Below, in pieces: positions 53,177-62,959 of a stretch of 64,000 bases of DNA. The notes below the pieces were generated by a model, which was not told where the DNA came from, ran no database searches, and worked only from the letters and a program-made list of their open reading frames with translations. Position 1 is the stretch's first letter. Each line of letters starts with the position of its first letter. The stretch covers positions 1 to 64,000 of IMG/VR virus record IMGVR_UViG_3300020180_000014; one strand, 5' to 3'. This stretch comes from a virus. The position numbers and the translations under genes were made by a program.

Positions 53177-53956
53177 ATGCAAATCGGCAAGCTCGGACGC
53201 TCGCAGCTCTCGCCGCGTGAGTTGCGCACGCCGTGGTTCGCGCGCTACGCCGCGACCGAATCGACGCCGGGCTACACGGCGCCGCCGCCGATCGACGACT
53301 GGACCGGCCCGACGTCCGACTACACGTTCCTCGGCAATGATCGCGTCGGCAACTGCACGCGGGCATCCTACGGTCACGTCGTGCAGCAGCGTTGTGCACT
53401 GCTCGGCGTGAAGTGCGAGCTGCAAGCCGACGACGTCAACAAGTCGTACAAGGACGGCACGGGCTGGGATGGTGTCCCCGGGTCGTCGAGCGATCGCGGC
53501 GACATGATCGTCAACGCGCTCACGCAGCTGCGCAAGGTCGGGTTCCGCGACGGTCAGTACAAGCTCCGTGGCTTTGGCCGCGTCAATCACAACGACACAC
53601 TGGAGATGCGCGCGGCACTGCGCTTGTTCGGCTCGGTGATCGTCGGCGCGAGCTTGCCAGCGTCGATCAGTCGACAAAACACGATCTGGGATGTCAGTCC
53701 CGTCGGACAGCGCAAGCCTGATGAAGCGCCGGGCTCGGCCGGTGGCCATGCGTTCATCCTAACGAAGCATCAGCGCGGGCGCTGGGCAGGTATGCCGTGG
53801 ATCCACAAGACGGATATCACGTACGCGTGGGATGACCTCTACATCGAGGAGGCCTGGTTCGTCGTCGATGACCTGTGGATTACGCACATGCGCAACGCTC
53901 CGAACGGGTTCGACCTCGAACGGTTCGAGCACGATGTCGCGCTGATCGCTGCCTGA
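53177..53956 (+). CDS. papain-like (C1-type) peptidase
   Basis: GND..GNCT.A (Cys) and GGHA (His). Confidence 0.65.
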   Translation: MQIGKLGRSQLSPRELRTPWFARYAATESTPGYTAPPPIDDWTGPTSDYTFLGNDRVGNCTRASYGHVVQQRCALLGVKCELQADDVNKSYKDGTGWDGVPGSSSDRGDMIVNALTQLRKVGFRDGQYKLRGFGRVNHNDTLEMRAALRLFGSVIVGASLPASISRQNTIWDVSPVGQRKPDEAPGSAGGHAFILTKHQRGRWAGMPWIHKTDITYAWDDLYIEEAWFVVDDLWITHMRNAPNGFDLERFEHDVALIAA

Positions 53957-53958
53957 AC

Positions 53959-54456
53959 ATGTTCGAGCTAGAAGGATGGCGCGACATCACACCCGCCATG
54001 CGGAAGCGGGTAGGGCGCGTGCTACGCGATTGGCGGCAACACCACCGGCCGTTTGAGGACACCGAATACTGGGCTGCGCGATTTTTGCCGTTCGACGACG
54101 TGTTTGCACACACGCGAGGAACACAACCCGTTCGACTGTGGCGTAGCGAGCGCACCGACATCGACAACCGCTACACGACGCGGTTCACGTCATGGGCACG
54201 CAGTGCAGCCGCGATTCACAGCTTCGGTTGGGGCACGCGCCGCATGGTCACGGCAGTCTTCGAGCCTGACGACATCTTGGTCGACTTCGTGAACCTGGAT
54301 CTCGACCCCGAGCAGATGCAAGAGGTCATCGTCCGACCGGGCGACTACCAGATCTGGCCGTGGCGGGAGATCTGGGACCGCAACGGCCACTTCAATCTGT
54401 ATGAGCAGCCTGAGCGTGCTCGCGCTGCGGGCTATACGCTTGGTCGACAGCGCTAG
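53959..54456 (+). CDS. putative ADP-ribosyltransferase-fold protein (R-S-E type)
   Basis: LWR ... FTSW ...A..F ... QEVIV. Confidence 0.5.
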   Translation: MFELEGWRDITPAMRKRVGRVLRDWRQHHRPFEDTEYWAARFLPFDDVFAHTRGTQPVRLWRSERTDIDNRYTTRFTSWARSAAAIHSFGWGTRRMVTAVFEPDDILVDFVNLDLDPEQMQEVIVRPGDYQIWPWREIWDRNGHFNLYEQPERARAAGYTLGRQR

Positions 54457-54719
54457 GTAACACGCTCGAAGCGCTGGACGAGCGTCTCGCCGACCAGTGC
54501 CTTGCCCGTGAACGCGGCCAGTGCGCGCGTCCACACCGTCGCGTACTCGTCTTCGGCGTCACGGTAGTGCACGAGCGGTTCAAGGTCAGGCTCGTTCAAG
54601 CCGACCGCGACGACGAGGTACACACCGCCGTCCATCTTGTAGTGCTTGTACGTCTGCCCCGGCAGCACGCCGCAGTCACGGAGCTTCGCGAGCGCTTCGA
54701 CGACATCCTTGAAACTCAT
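54453..54719 (-). CDS. DUF1653-like protein
   Basis: YKHYK..G.Y.V......EPLVHY......WTR. Confidence 0.75.
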   Translation of the reverse strand: MSFKDVVEALAKLRDCGVLPGQTYKHYKMDGGVYLVVAVGLNEPDLEPLVHYRDAEDEYATVWTRALAAFTGKALVGETLVQRFERVT

Positions 54720-55015
54720 GACGGTCCTTCCCCGAGCTTCACCATCTCGGCGATCAGCCATGCGCCACAGGCCTCTTCGCTCGGTGGCTCGACGTTCTGC
54801 CGGAACCGCGACAGCGGCTGGTCGTGCGCTGCGAGCCACATCTCGTCGGGCCCAAGGCCACCACGCGACACGAGCACTTCGAGCGTTTGACTGTGGTTGC
54901 TCTCGGCACGCTCGCGGAACGTCTCCGCGAAGCTCCACGGGACATCGCGCGGCCATCGCGCAGTGACCTCGCGCGGGCACCGACTCTGGCCTCGGATGAC
55001 GGGGAAACGCTTCAC
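54716..55015 (-). CDS. hypothetical phage protein
   Basis: A..NHSQTLE.L..RGGL...E. Confidence 0.7.
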   Translation of the reverse strand: MKRFPVIRGQSRCPREVTARWPRDVPWSFAETFRERAESNHSQTLEVLVSRGGLGPDEMWLAAHDQPLSRFRQNVEPPSEEACGAWLIAEMVKLGEGPS

Positions 55016-55731
55016 GGCCCGGCGATCGTATCAAGATCGTCGAGCAGACGGTATGCGAACTCGTATTCCCCGGCCGACCACGCTGCCTCGAACGCCGCGC
55101 GCAAGTTCGCGTTCAGGTCCGTGGGCAGCGCCTTGCCTTTGAGCGCGTCTTTCACGCGCCAATAGAACATGTGCCCGATAATCTCGTCGGTCGGTTTTCC
55201 CGCGTACGCGAGCAGACCGCCGATGCGATTGAGTGTCCCACTCGCAGAGCCGTCAGCGGCACCGATCACCGGGTTGCTCGTCGCGAACTTGCGAATGAAC
55301 TCGGTCGCGCACTTCGCCGCTTCGCCGAGCCCGCTCCAGCTGAGCTGCGTACTTGCACCTTTGGGTGTACTCGCCGCACGATTGCACGCTTCGACGGTCC
55401 TGGAGCCCAAATATCCCGCGTACCAGTAGAGCCGCGTCAGCGGATGTTCGTCGGGTTGCCCGAAGTCTTCCGGTGGATCGGGCACGCGTCCTTCGACGAA
55501 CGCGGTGATGTAATCACACACGAACGACACATGGTCACGCGCGTTGGTGATCTCGGGCGAGTCCGCATTCAGTACAGGCATCGCCCAGTGCAGCAGCTCA
55601 CACGCCAGCGCAGCGGCGTTCATCGCGTCGTGCCAGGCCCACCGGAGCGCCATGTGCTCGATGGACAGCTCGACACGACGTTCCTGGATACGCACGACAC
55701 CGTGCGGGTTGCGAATGCCGTGCAGTGCCAT
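55012..55731 (-). CDS. hypothetical protein
   Basis: coupled ORF. Confidence 0.65.
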   Translation of the reverse strand: MALHGIRNPHGVVRIQERRVELSIEHMALRWAWHDAMNAAALACELLHWAMPVLNADSPEITNARDHVSFVCDYITAFVEGRVPDPPEDFGQPDEHPLTRLYWYAGYLGSRTVEACNRAASTPKGASTQLSWSGLGEAAKCATEFIRKFATSNPVIGAADGSASGTLNRIGGLLAYAGKPTDEIIGHMFYWRVKDALKGKALPTDLNANLRAAFEAAWSAGEYEFAYRLLDDLDTIAGP

Positions 55732-56088
55732 CTACTTCGCGGTCTCGCGGTTCTTGATCGCGTACAAGACAACCGGTTGGATGTCCATGCCCGGCTGCAC
55801 GACGCAGATGAAGTCCTCGTATGCTTCGACGTCCTCGACCTGACCGAACTCGTCGACCACCATCGGACGAATCGCGCGTGCCGGGATCTGTGCGACCTCG
55901 GGGTTCTGCGGAACGAACTCGACGAGCGCGAAGCATGCAAGCCCGAGCACGCGCTGCGGATCCTTGCCGTCCTGGAACACGGCGCGCCAGCCCTCAGCAG
56001 GGATGATCTGCGCGATCACGTACTCCGCGCCCTCGTCGTCACCTTCGCCCATTCCGAATAGATCCTGCTTCGCGTCTTGCTTGGCCAT
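55732..56088 (-). CDS. hypothetical protein
   Basis: QIIPAEGWRAVF...LACFALVE. Confidence 0.7.
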   Translation of the reverse strand: MAKQDAKQDLFGMGEGDDEGAEYVIAQIIPAEGWRAVFQDGKDPQRVLGLACFALVEFVPQNPEVAQIPARAIRPMVVDEFGQVEDVEAYEDFICVVQPGMDIQPVVLYAIKNRETAK

Positions 56089-56130
56089 ATAGTCTCGCTT
56101 TGTAGCTCGGGGTGGACCCGAACTCAAGCC

Positions 56131-56523
56131 TTAGCGCTTCGCGACTGTGATGTAGCTCTGCTTGATCTCTACGGCAACGGTCTTGACGCCGGGCCCACGC
56201 GTGGTCTGTACGACGCGTTGCTTGGGACCTTCCATGTAGACCTCGCCGCTGCTGTTCATGTCGTTCATGAACTGTCGATCGGCCGCTAGAATCGTCGCGC
56301 ACGCCGGACAGACGTGGAACGTGCCCTCGCTCGTGTTCACACGCCACAGTTCTTCTTCCATCGCCGAGCACCGCATGCAGCAGAACTCGCCGTTGGGGTC
56401 GATGTAGCGCCGGATCAACTCGCGCGCGAGCTTGTGGTCACAGGCAAGCCACGCTGCCTGTGCTGCAGCCAGCACGTCCATGAACCCGGTGCCGTCGGGC
56501 AGCGCGTCAGGCTCACGATGCAC
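56131..56523 (-). CDS. Zn-finger hypothetical protein
   Basis: CMRC...CPAC. Confidence 0.6.
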   Translation of the reverse strand: MHREPDALPDGTGFMDVLAAAQAAWLACDHKLARELIRRYIDPNGEFCCMRCSAMEEELWRVNTSEGTFHVCPACATILAADRQFMNDMNSSGEVYMEGPKQRVVQTTRGPGVKTVAVEIKQSYITVAKR

Positions 56524-56866
56524 GGTAGCGCTCCCAGTTCACGGGCAGTATGCAGTTCTGCGGTGCACGCGCGAACATCGGACCGATCTGAGCATCCTGG
56601 TAGCCAGCAAGCCCGCAGCCTACGCGGGTCACCTCGTATGTCAGCTCGGGCGTGTCGCGCGCGAAGTCGAGGAACACCTCGACGCTGGCCTTGATGTCAT
56701 CGAGCGTTCTGGGACGCAGCTCGCGATCTTTCGTCGCGATGCCGTACGCGTTGCCCATCAGGCCCTCGGCAACGCCGTAGACGGCGCCGTGCTTGCGCCG
56801 TGCTTCGAGCGCAGCACCCGCACCGTGGCGTCCCGCGAGGTTGGATCCGAAGACGAAGATTTTCAA
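56513..56866 (-). CDS. A1S_2505-like phage non-structural protein (macro-like)
   Basis: IFVFGSNLAGRHGAGAA...YGIATK...VTRVGCGLAG. Confidence 0.8.
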   Translation of the reverse strand: MKIFVFGSNLAGRHGAGAALEARRKHGAVYGVAEGLMGNAYGIATKDRELRPRTLDDIKASVEVFLDFARDTPELTYEVTRVGCGLAGYQDAQIGPMFARAPQNCILPVNWERYRAS

Positions 56867-57312
56867 TCAACACCTCCGGCTATCTTGATAGCGCATGCAC
56901 GTTGGACAGCGAGCGCGTTTCGCTTGTTCTTGTACAACACTGTCTGTGCAAGATAGCGTTTGCGGCCCCGCAAACTTTGCAAGTTGTCCCCGGTCCACTC
57001 GATGCCGTCGGCAGCTAACGCTAAGGTTGCAACCTGCGCACTATAGTGCGGACCTTCACGACGAATGTTGCACACAGTTTCAATGATCTGTGCGGACATC
57101 TTGAACCACTCGCCATGCAACCGTTCAGCTGCGAACAGCTCATGGAAATGTTTTTCTACGTACGTGTACCCTGCGACGTCGGCGATCAACATCAAGTGAT
57201 GCGCATTCTGATTTTGTAGTTCGTAGACGCGCTGTTCCAGGTTACGTGTCTTGCCGATTTTGACACGCTGTAGATCACCGGTTGCGACGAAATACACACG
57301 GTCCGCGTTCAC
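56863..57312 (-). CDS. GIY-YIG / T5orf172-family protein
   Basis: VYF....VKIG.T.NL..R...LQ...E..FH..F...R..GEWF; lower GC than flanks. Confidence 0.8.
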   Translation of the reverse strand: MNADRVYFVATGDLQRVKIGKTRNLEQRVYELQNQNAHHLMLIADVAGYTYVEKHFHELFAAERLHGEWFKMSAQIIETVCNIRREGPHYSAQVATLALAADGIEWTGDNLQSLRGRKRYLAQTVLYKNKRNALAVQRACAIKIAGGVD

Positions 57313-57842
57313 GGCGTCGCGCTCTTCATGAGTTCGTCGTACTTGAACTTGTCGCCGAGCGCGTCCTTGATCGTCGTCATCTCTTCGGACAATCGCAGCA
57401 GCAGTTGGTTGTACAGGTACACGTAGCGCGGCACCGCCACACGACCCTCGACGAACTGCTTGCCCAGATCTGTGATCTTGTAGCGGCCGACGCGGTCACT
57501 ACCATCGTCGCGATCACCGGCCGCACGTTCGAGCAAGCCCCAGTAGCGGAGCTTGACGACGTCGCCGCCTGCGATCGAGCTGTCGCGCTTGACCTTCACC
57601 AAGAACGCCGCGACGTGCAGCCAGTCGGCGCGCGGGTGCGTCTTGAAGTACTGGTAGATCAGCACGAGCGCGAGCGCCATCGTCGAGTTCAGCTTGCGCT
57701 TGTAGACTTTCGCAAACTGTCCGCAACACGGACACGTGACGCCGTCGCGCAGGTTCGTTTGCACGAACGCCTTGGCGCTTTCGAGTTCTGTGCCCTGAAA
57801 GCTCGTCGGGATCGGTCCGTCTTCGTCGTCGTCGGTGTCCAT
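57309..57842 (-). CDS. Zn-ribbon/winged-helix phage protein
   Basis: CPCCGQ..K.YKR; KLRYWGL; Y.IT..G..F. Confidence 0.75.
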   Translation of the reverse strand: MDTDDDEDGPIPTSFQGTELESAKAFVQTNLRDGVTCPCCGQFAKVYKRKLNSTMALALVLIYQYFKTHPRADWLHVAAFLVKVKRDSSIAGGDVVKLRYWGLLERAAGDRDDGSDRVGRYKITDLGKQFVEGRVAVPRYVYLYNQLLLRLSEEMTTIKDALGDKFKYDELMKSATP

Positions 57843-57844
57843 GG

Positions 57845-58543
57845 TTACCTCGTCGTGTAGCGCCAACCCTCGATCGCGATCAGCACGGTCGACGGCGATT
57901 CGTCTTCTAGCTGTTGCCGCGTCATCAGGACTTCGAGCAGTGTGTACCCAGGGAACCACCAGAAGCATGGCATCGCATCAACGGTGAGTGCCCACAGCTT
58001 GCCGTCGTGCAGGATGCGATTCTCGCCGATGTTGGTGAATCGAATGCGTGTCGCCTTGAGCATCTTCGGAATCACGCGTGCCCACACTGTTGTGACGAGC
58101 CACGTCTCGCCGCCGTGCGGCTTCACTTCCCAGCGATTCTCTTCGCCGATCAGTCCTCGGGTGTCGATAGCCTCGGCGAGGCTGAGCGAGTGCAGGTTCC
58201 GTGGATCGAACTGCCCACCCGGTGCGAGCGCGCGTAGCAGCGCGAACGGCACGGAGAACGGCGATACGCGACCGGGTCGCGCGCGATCGACGAGCCTGCG
58301 ATCGGCTGGTCGTTCGCCGTAGAGTGCCTGCACCGCGAAGTCGCGGAGCGCATCGACGGACTTCCACGGCCCGACGGCCGACTGCAGTACAGCTTCAGCG
58401 GCTTCGAGAAACTTCTGATCGTCGAGCGTCCGCGTGACCAACGTCGTCGTGTCGAGCCCGAAGAAGTCACGGATGAAGTGAAACAGCTCGGTGACGACCT
58501 CTTGACGCTGTTCGATCGTCTCGTTCGTGCGCGCGACCCTCAC
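57845..58543 (-). CDS. hypothetical protein
   Basis: GTGA coupling; start approximate. Confidence 0.6.
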   Translation of the reverse strand: MRVARTNETIEQRQEVVTELFHFIRDFFGLDTTTLVTRTLDDQKFLEAAEAVLQSAVGPWKSVDALRDFAVQALYGERPADRRLVDRARPGRVSPFSVPFALLRALAPGGQFDPRNLHSLSLAEAIDTRGLIGEENRWEVKPHGGETWLVTTVWARVIPKMLKATRIRFTNIGENRILHDGKLWALTVDAMPCFWWFPGYTLLEVLMTRQQLEDESPSTVLIAIEGWRYTTR

Positions 58544-58908
58544 GGTTCGCTCACTGCGATCTTCGCACCTGTCACGAGTGCCTGCATGACCATGTTGCGC
58601 AGGTCGGGCCGACAGTTCTCGCACGTCAAACCGTGGCGCCAGTCCAGTTTCTCGTCGGTGATCGTCGCATCGAGCAGGTCGTGCGCCGTCTTCGTGCGTA
58701 GGAACAGATCAACACGATCGGGCGCATCGAAGCTGTCACGAGCCTGAAAGTGCACACCGAAGCACAGCTCGACGCAGAACACGCGCGAGCAGACCGGGCA
58801 CTCGATCGCCTCGTTCGCCTCGCCACAGAGCGCGCAGAGTGGTTCGAGGATGACACCTTGGCCGTTCGCCAGCTCGCCGATGACACGATGGGGCTGGTGC
58901 GGGTTCAC
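58540..58908 (-). CDS. Cys-rich Zn-finger protein
   Basis: CALC, CPVC, CxxxC, CENC. Confidence 0.6.
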   Translation of the reverse strand: MNPHQPHRVIGELANGQGVILEPLCALCGEANEAIECPVCSRVFCVELCFGVHFQARDSFDAPDRVDLFLRTKTAHDLLDATITDEKLDWRHGLTCENCRPDLRNMVMQALVTGAKIAVSEP

Positions 58909-59423
58909 GATGCAACTCCAGGCGCCAGCAGACGTCGCAGCTCGTTCGGGTTGATCCTGTGAATCGGGCGCCGCAGCTTGTCCGCGTAGTTCACCGTGCC
59001 TGCCGTTCCGCCCTGTGAACCGTCGAAGCACGCGATCAGATCGCTGCAGTGATCGACCATCCACTCGTTGCGGGCCTGCATCTTCCACCGCTCGTACGAA
59101 CCCGGCGTCACCATCACGACCTCGTACGCGAGCTTGAGCAGCTTCTGGTAGTACGCCCGCGCCTCCGGGGGCCACTGGCTATCCTGGCCTTCGCACGGCA
59201 CCGCTGCGATGAACGGGATGCCCATGTCGACGCAGACATCGGCCAGATCCTGGTCGAATCCGAGCGCCATGCCGCTGATCACGTGGATCGGCTGCAGTGC
59301 GAGCAGCTTGGTGCGCGTCTGTGCCTTCACCCAAGCGCGCAACGGGTTCAGCTTGTGATGCCCCGAATAGTCGCCGATCCAGAGCTTGTCGGGTCGATGT
59401 CCTGTACCTGCGACGATGCTCAT
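58905..59423 (-). CDS. SLOG family protein (YpsA/DUF1273-like)
   Basis: GTGHRP, ISGMALGFDQ, RNEWMVD, GGT..TV.YA. Confidence 0.85.
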   Translation of the reverse strand: MSIVAGTGHRPDKLWIGDYSGHHKLNPLRAWVKAQTRTKLLALQPIHVISGMALGFDQDLADVCVDMGIPFIAAVPCEGQDSQWPPEARAYYQKLLKLAYEVVMVTPGSYERWKMQARNEWMVDHCSDLIACFDGSQGGTAGTVNYADKLRRPIHRINPNELRRLLAPGVAS

Positions 59424-59785
59424 GCTTCTCCCCTAGGTGCGTACAGCGCATCGGCCATGTCATCACGGTCGATGATGCGCAAGAACAGCTCAGCGGCGAA
59501 CCGCGACTCACGAGCATCACAAGCAGCTTCGAGTGCGAGCCGCTCGTCTTCGTTGACGACGGTCGAGAACTTGAGCGACACCCACTCGGGCGGGTGATTG
59601 AACTGGATCTGCGCTTCACGTGCGCGCAGGTCAACCGCGAGCGCAAACTTGCCCCACTCGTTGTGGACGAACCGGTTCAGGTCACGGATGACATCGCTCG
59701 ACCACCAGTCGACTTGGTTGCCGTTCGCACAGCGCCAGCTGAACCATCGCTCGCCGCCGCTCATGCTGCAGCTCGCTGTCGCCAT
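59420..59785 (-). CDS. hypothetical protein
   Basis: coupled ORF. Confidence 0.55.
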   Translation of the reverse strand: MATASCSMSGGERWFSWRCANGNQVDWWSSDVIRDLNRFVHNEWGKFALAVDLRAREAQIQFNHPPEWVSLKFSTVVNEDERLALEAACDARESRFAAELFLRIIDRDDMADALYAPRGEA

Positions 59786-60135
59786 GCGGTTAGCACAGCT
59801 TCGAGCGCCGAGAGTACGTTGTCGGCCGTTGCGTCACCGCGAACGCCGACATCGATCAGCTCGTAGAGCTTGTCGATCGTCCGCTCGTCGAATGCGCCAT
59901 CCGGTGGCGCCTGCCCGGTCTGCGATGGGTAGCCCATGACCGCTGAGTGCTTGTTGCACGCATAGCTGCAGAACACACTGACGTTGCCGTGTCCGCGTGA
60001 CTCGTAGAGCAGCCAGCCCTCGGGCAACTTCCACGTGAAGCTCGTCTTGTTCCATGCCTCGCCGATGTACGCCGATGCGTTCACGGACCTTTTGCAACCG
60101 TTGCAAACGAGGTAGCCACGGACGTACGCGGGCAT
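59761..60135 (-). CDS. Cys-containing hypothetical protein
   Basis: CNGC...LPEGW...FCSYAC. Confidence 0.6.
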   Translation of the reverse strand: MPAYVRGYLVCNGCKRSVNASAYIGEAWNKTSFTWKLPEGWLLYESRGHGNVSVFCSYACNKHSAVMGYPSQTGQAPPDGAFDERTIDKLYELIDVGVRGDATADNVLSALEAVLTAWRQRAAA

Positions 60136-60464
60136 CAGCGCTTCCTCTTCTTGAGCTTGCGTACGCGGTCGAGCTTGAGTGTCGACGCCCGACGACGAAT
60201 GACCGTCGCCGCGCTGTAACGGTTCGCAGCGAACGCGAGCGCCTTCGCGACTGGACAATCGAGGTAGACCTTGCATGCGCAGTTCGCGACCCAGATGATC
60301 GCGCCGCCGTCACTCTCCGGTGCTGGTCCAACGAACGCGAGCCCGGAGTCACCGTTGTCACGAACCCAACGACCGTCGTGCTCACGAAGACGTAGGATCG
60401 ATCCGTGAACCGACGGTGGCCGACACTTTGGATGCGTCTTGCGTGGTACGCAGCGAGCCTTCAC
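60135..60464 (-). CDS. basic hypothetical protein
   Basis: coupled ORF. Confidence 0.45.
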   Translation of the reverse strand: MKARCVPRKTHPKCRPPSVHGSILRLREHDGRWVRDNGDSGLAFVGPAPESDGGAIIWVANCACKVYLDCPVAKALAFAANRYSAATVIRRRASTLKLDRVRKLKKRKR

Positions 60465-61090
60465 GCGAAGTAGTCCTTGTGCGCGAGCTTGTGCACCTCG
60501 TTGATGACCTCGCGATCCTCGGGCAGGTGCGTCGTTGCACGCTCGCAGGCAGTGTGAATCCCCCGCTGCAGCTCCTTGATCGCCTCGTACAGCGTCTTCA
60601 CACCGCCGATCACACCGCTGACGGTGCGCTTCGTCGCGCGTGGCATGAACGGTCCGATGCCCGCGAGCACATCGTCGAGGAATTGCCGATCCGTGAGCGC
60701 TTGCTGGAACAGTGGTTCGTGCTCGGCGATCGCAGCCTTCAGTGTCCCGACCTCGGCGAGTAGTACACCGCGCTGGTTCAACGCCTCGCCGACCTCGGAG
60801 TCGAGCGGAACGCTCTGCGAGAGCTTGGCGACCATCTCCAGCAGCTCGTCGCGGCGTTTGCGACAAGGCATGTGCAGGTCGACGCCGACCGTACCGACCG
60901 TATACGGCTGCCAGATGTGCCCGCAGTTGTGGCAGAGGTGTTTGCGGTGCGAGATCGTGGTTGCCCACTCGTCCTGGTCGACGTGCTGTGCCTTGCACTC
61001 CGGGCAGTGGATCTCGACGGGCACGAATGCGTCGCGAGCCTGTTGAACGGCTTCACGCAGTCGGGTCAGTTCATAATCGACGTCACTCAT
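60461..61090 (-). CDS. Zn-ribbon plus coiled-coil protein
   Basis: HCPEC..QHVD..EW....HRKHLC..CGHIWQP. Confidence 0.7.
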   Translation of the reverse strand: MSDVDYELTRLREAVQQARDAFVPVEIHCPECKAQHVDQDEWATTISHRKHLCHNCGHIWQPYTVGTVGVDLHMPCRKRRDELLEMVAKLSQSVPLDSEVGEALNQRGVLLAEVGTLKAAIAEHEPLFQQALTDRQFLDDVLAGIGPFMPRATKRTVSGVIGGVKTLYEAIKELQRGIHTACERATTHLPEDREVINEVHKLAHKDYFA

Positions 61091-61470
61091 GCTGCAGACT
61101 CCTGTACGGCAGGTTCTTCGTCGTCGGGTGGGAAGATGTTGTCGCCAGCGGATTCGATCGCTCCGTCGCATTCTTGTAGTAGGTCGACTTGCCCCGCGAC
61201 GGACTCTTCGATCACGGTCATCGCGCGGCGCAACAGCGTGCACAGCTCCGTGACCTGTTCGTACGATTCCTTCTGTAACTCTTTCAGGCGTTGTTCCGGC
61301 GTCGGCAACGGCGCCGACACCACGACCGTGAAGTTCTTCTCGACGATCACGCTCGCGAACCGTGCTTCACGCGGTCCGTACAAGTTCAACTTGATCATCT
61401 CCTGCGCCGGGCGCGCGTACAGCTGAAGCACCTCGCGAGCTTCGCGAAGCAGTGATGCGTCGATCGTCAT
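61087..61470 (-). CDS. hypothetical protein
   Basis: ATGA coupling. Confidence 0.6.
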   Translation of the reverse strand: MTIDASLLREAREVLQLYARPAQEMIKLNLYGPREARFASVIVEKNFTVVVSAPLPTPEQRLKELQKESYEQVTELCTLLRRAMTVIEESVAGQVDLLQECDGAIESAGDNIFPPDDEEPAVQESAA

Positions 61471-61844
61471 GTGAGAATTGCTCGGAGCTTCTCGGGAACG
61501 AGCAAAGGTGGCTCGTTGCCGATCCACGTCAAGTCGAAGATGCGGAGCTGTGCAGCGATCGCGACAACAGACTCGTCCTGCATACCGTTCGACACACGAC
61601 CACCGCACATCCAGAACTCCTTACAGCACGGGATGATCGCCTTGTTCATTTCCATGCCGTGCTTGCGGTGTTCGGGGTTGAAGTCGTCGAGGACTTCCAC
61701 GGTGATCAGCCAGTCGGCGACGACGGCAACGTCCGGGAAGTTGTCGTAGATCCACCGGACCCAACGTTTTGCACGCGCAATGTTGGCGGTAACACCTTCA
61801 GGTGTCGGTGCTCCAAGTGGATGCGCGAAGTAGATAACTCTCAT
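61467..61844 (-). CDS. DUF4406/nucleoside-deoxyribosyltransferase-like protein
   Basis: IYFAHP...NI..A; C.E.W..G...S.GM..E. Confidence 0.7.
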   Translation of the reverse strand: MRVIYFAHPLGAPTPEGVTANIARAKRWVRWIYDNFPDVAVVADWLITVEVLDDFNPEHRKHGMEMNKAIIPCCKEFWMCGGRVSNGMQDESVVAIAAQLRIFDLTWIGNEPPLLVPEKLRAILT

Positions 61845-62956
61845 GCGACGTTTCCTTCTGTGTTGCGCTTGCTGCGCTTGGGGGTGTTTTCCAAGCCAGC
61901 GGTCGGTGTGGGGTTCGATTCTTCGGTGACTTCCCAGAGCGTCTCGACGCCGCCGAACTCGCGATAGCACTCGTCATAGATCGCCTGCACGGCACGACCT
62001 GCAGGTGACAGGTCTGGCGCCGGGATACGAAAACGCCACGGGTAGCTCTCATCCGATACGGCGTATTCGGCGCTCTCGATCTTGTGCATCAGCTCCTCGT
62101 GCGACCACGACGGGATGCACAGCGGGTTGTAGACGCTCCAGAGCAAATCGAAGGCCTCGTCGCTGTAGAGGCAGTAGCCGCGAATCAGCAAGATCGTCGT
62201 CTTCAGGCACGCGCCGTGGCCGTTCTGTCCCGAGATCGCGGGCTTCGCCTCGCGGATCATCGTGTCGCGCGCGACGAGTACGCGACGCCAGCGTGGCCAG
62301 CCGTCAGCTTCGAGCGCTGTCTCTGTCGGACGGCCCGCATTCGGATCGATCGCGATCTGGCGCGTCTTCTGCGACGTCGCGAGCTTGATCAACCACGATG
62401 GCATCGAGGCGACGGGGGTGCTCGGGTTGCGCCACGCGTACTGCGCACCCGTCGGGTGAATGCTTGGCGCCGCGACGATCAGACCGCCCTCGGCGCGGAT
62501 GTCGATCCCCGGCGCCATCTTGGTGCGGTTGCGGATCTTGTCCATCTCGAAGTCGTCGTCGACGATGAACAGGAAGTGCTCGCCGCCGCCTTCGCGGCCC
62601 GTAGTCTGGCGTAGCGTCTCGGGCAACGGCTCGTACATCTGTTCGAGCGCAGCGAGGCTCTCACGGCCGATCTCACCGTCGATGTCGATCGCGACCAAGC
62701 GCACGAGCCCCCCAGTTACGAGCCCGACATTGGCGCGGGGCCAGACCCGCCACCACTGTGCGACGAGCACGACGTCGTTCGACGCTGTCTCGCGCCAGTT
62801 CTTGATCATCGGATGCTTGCCGGGCGTGCCGCAGTCCGCACGCTTCCAGCAACCACACACAGGCTGCTCGCCGGTCTCGCGCACGTTGTACAGCGGGATC
62901 ACGCGCCAGTTCCGGCGCGCGTACTCCACTGCAACCATGCCGAACGGCGAGAGCAT
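61841..62956 (-). CDS. bifunctional DNA primase/polymerase (Prim-Pol)
   Basis: WRVIPL, CGC....C..PGKHP, ANVGLVTG, IDID, TG..GG.H, GIDIR..GG..VAAPS.H. Confidence 0.9.
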   Translation of the reverse strand: MLSPFGMVAVEYARRNWRVIPLYNVRETGEQPVCGCWKRADCGTPGKHPMIKNWRETASNDVVLVAQWWRVWPRANVGLVTGGLVRLVAIDIDGEIGRESLAALEQMYEPLPETLRQTTGREGGGEHFLFIVDDDFEMDKIRNRTKMAPGIDIRAEGGLIVAAPSIHPTGAQYAWRNPSTPVASMPSWLIKLATSQKTRQIAIDPNAGRPTETALEADGWPRWRRVLVARDTMIREAKPAISGQNGHGACLKTTILLIRGYCLYSDEAFDLLWSVYNPLCIPSWSHEELMHKIESAEYAVSDESYPWRFRIPAPDLSPAGRAVQAIYDECYREFGGVETLWEVTEESNPTPTAGLENTPKRSKRNTEGNVA

Positions 62957-62959
62957 GAG

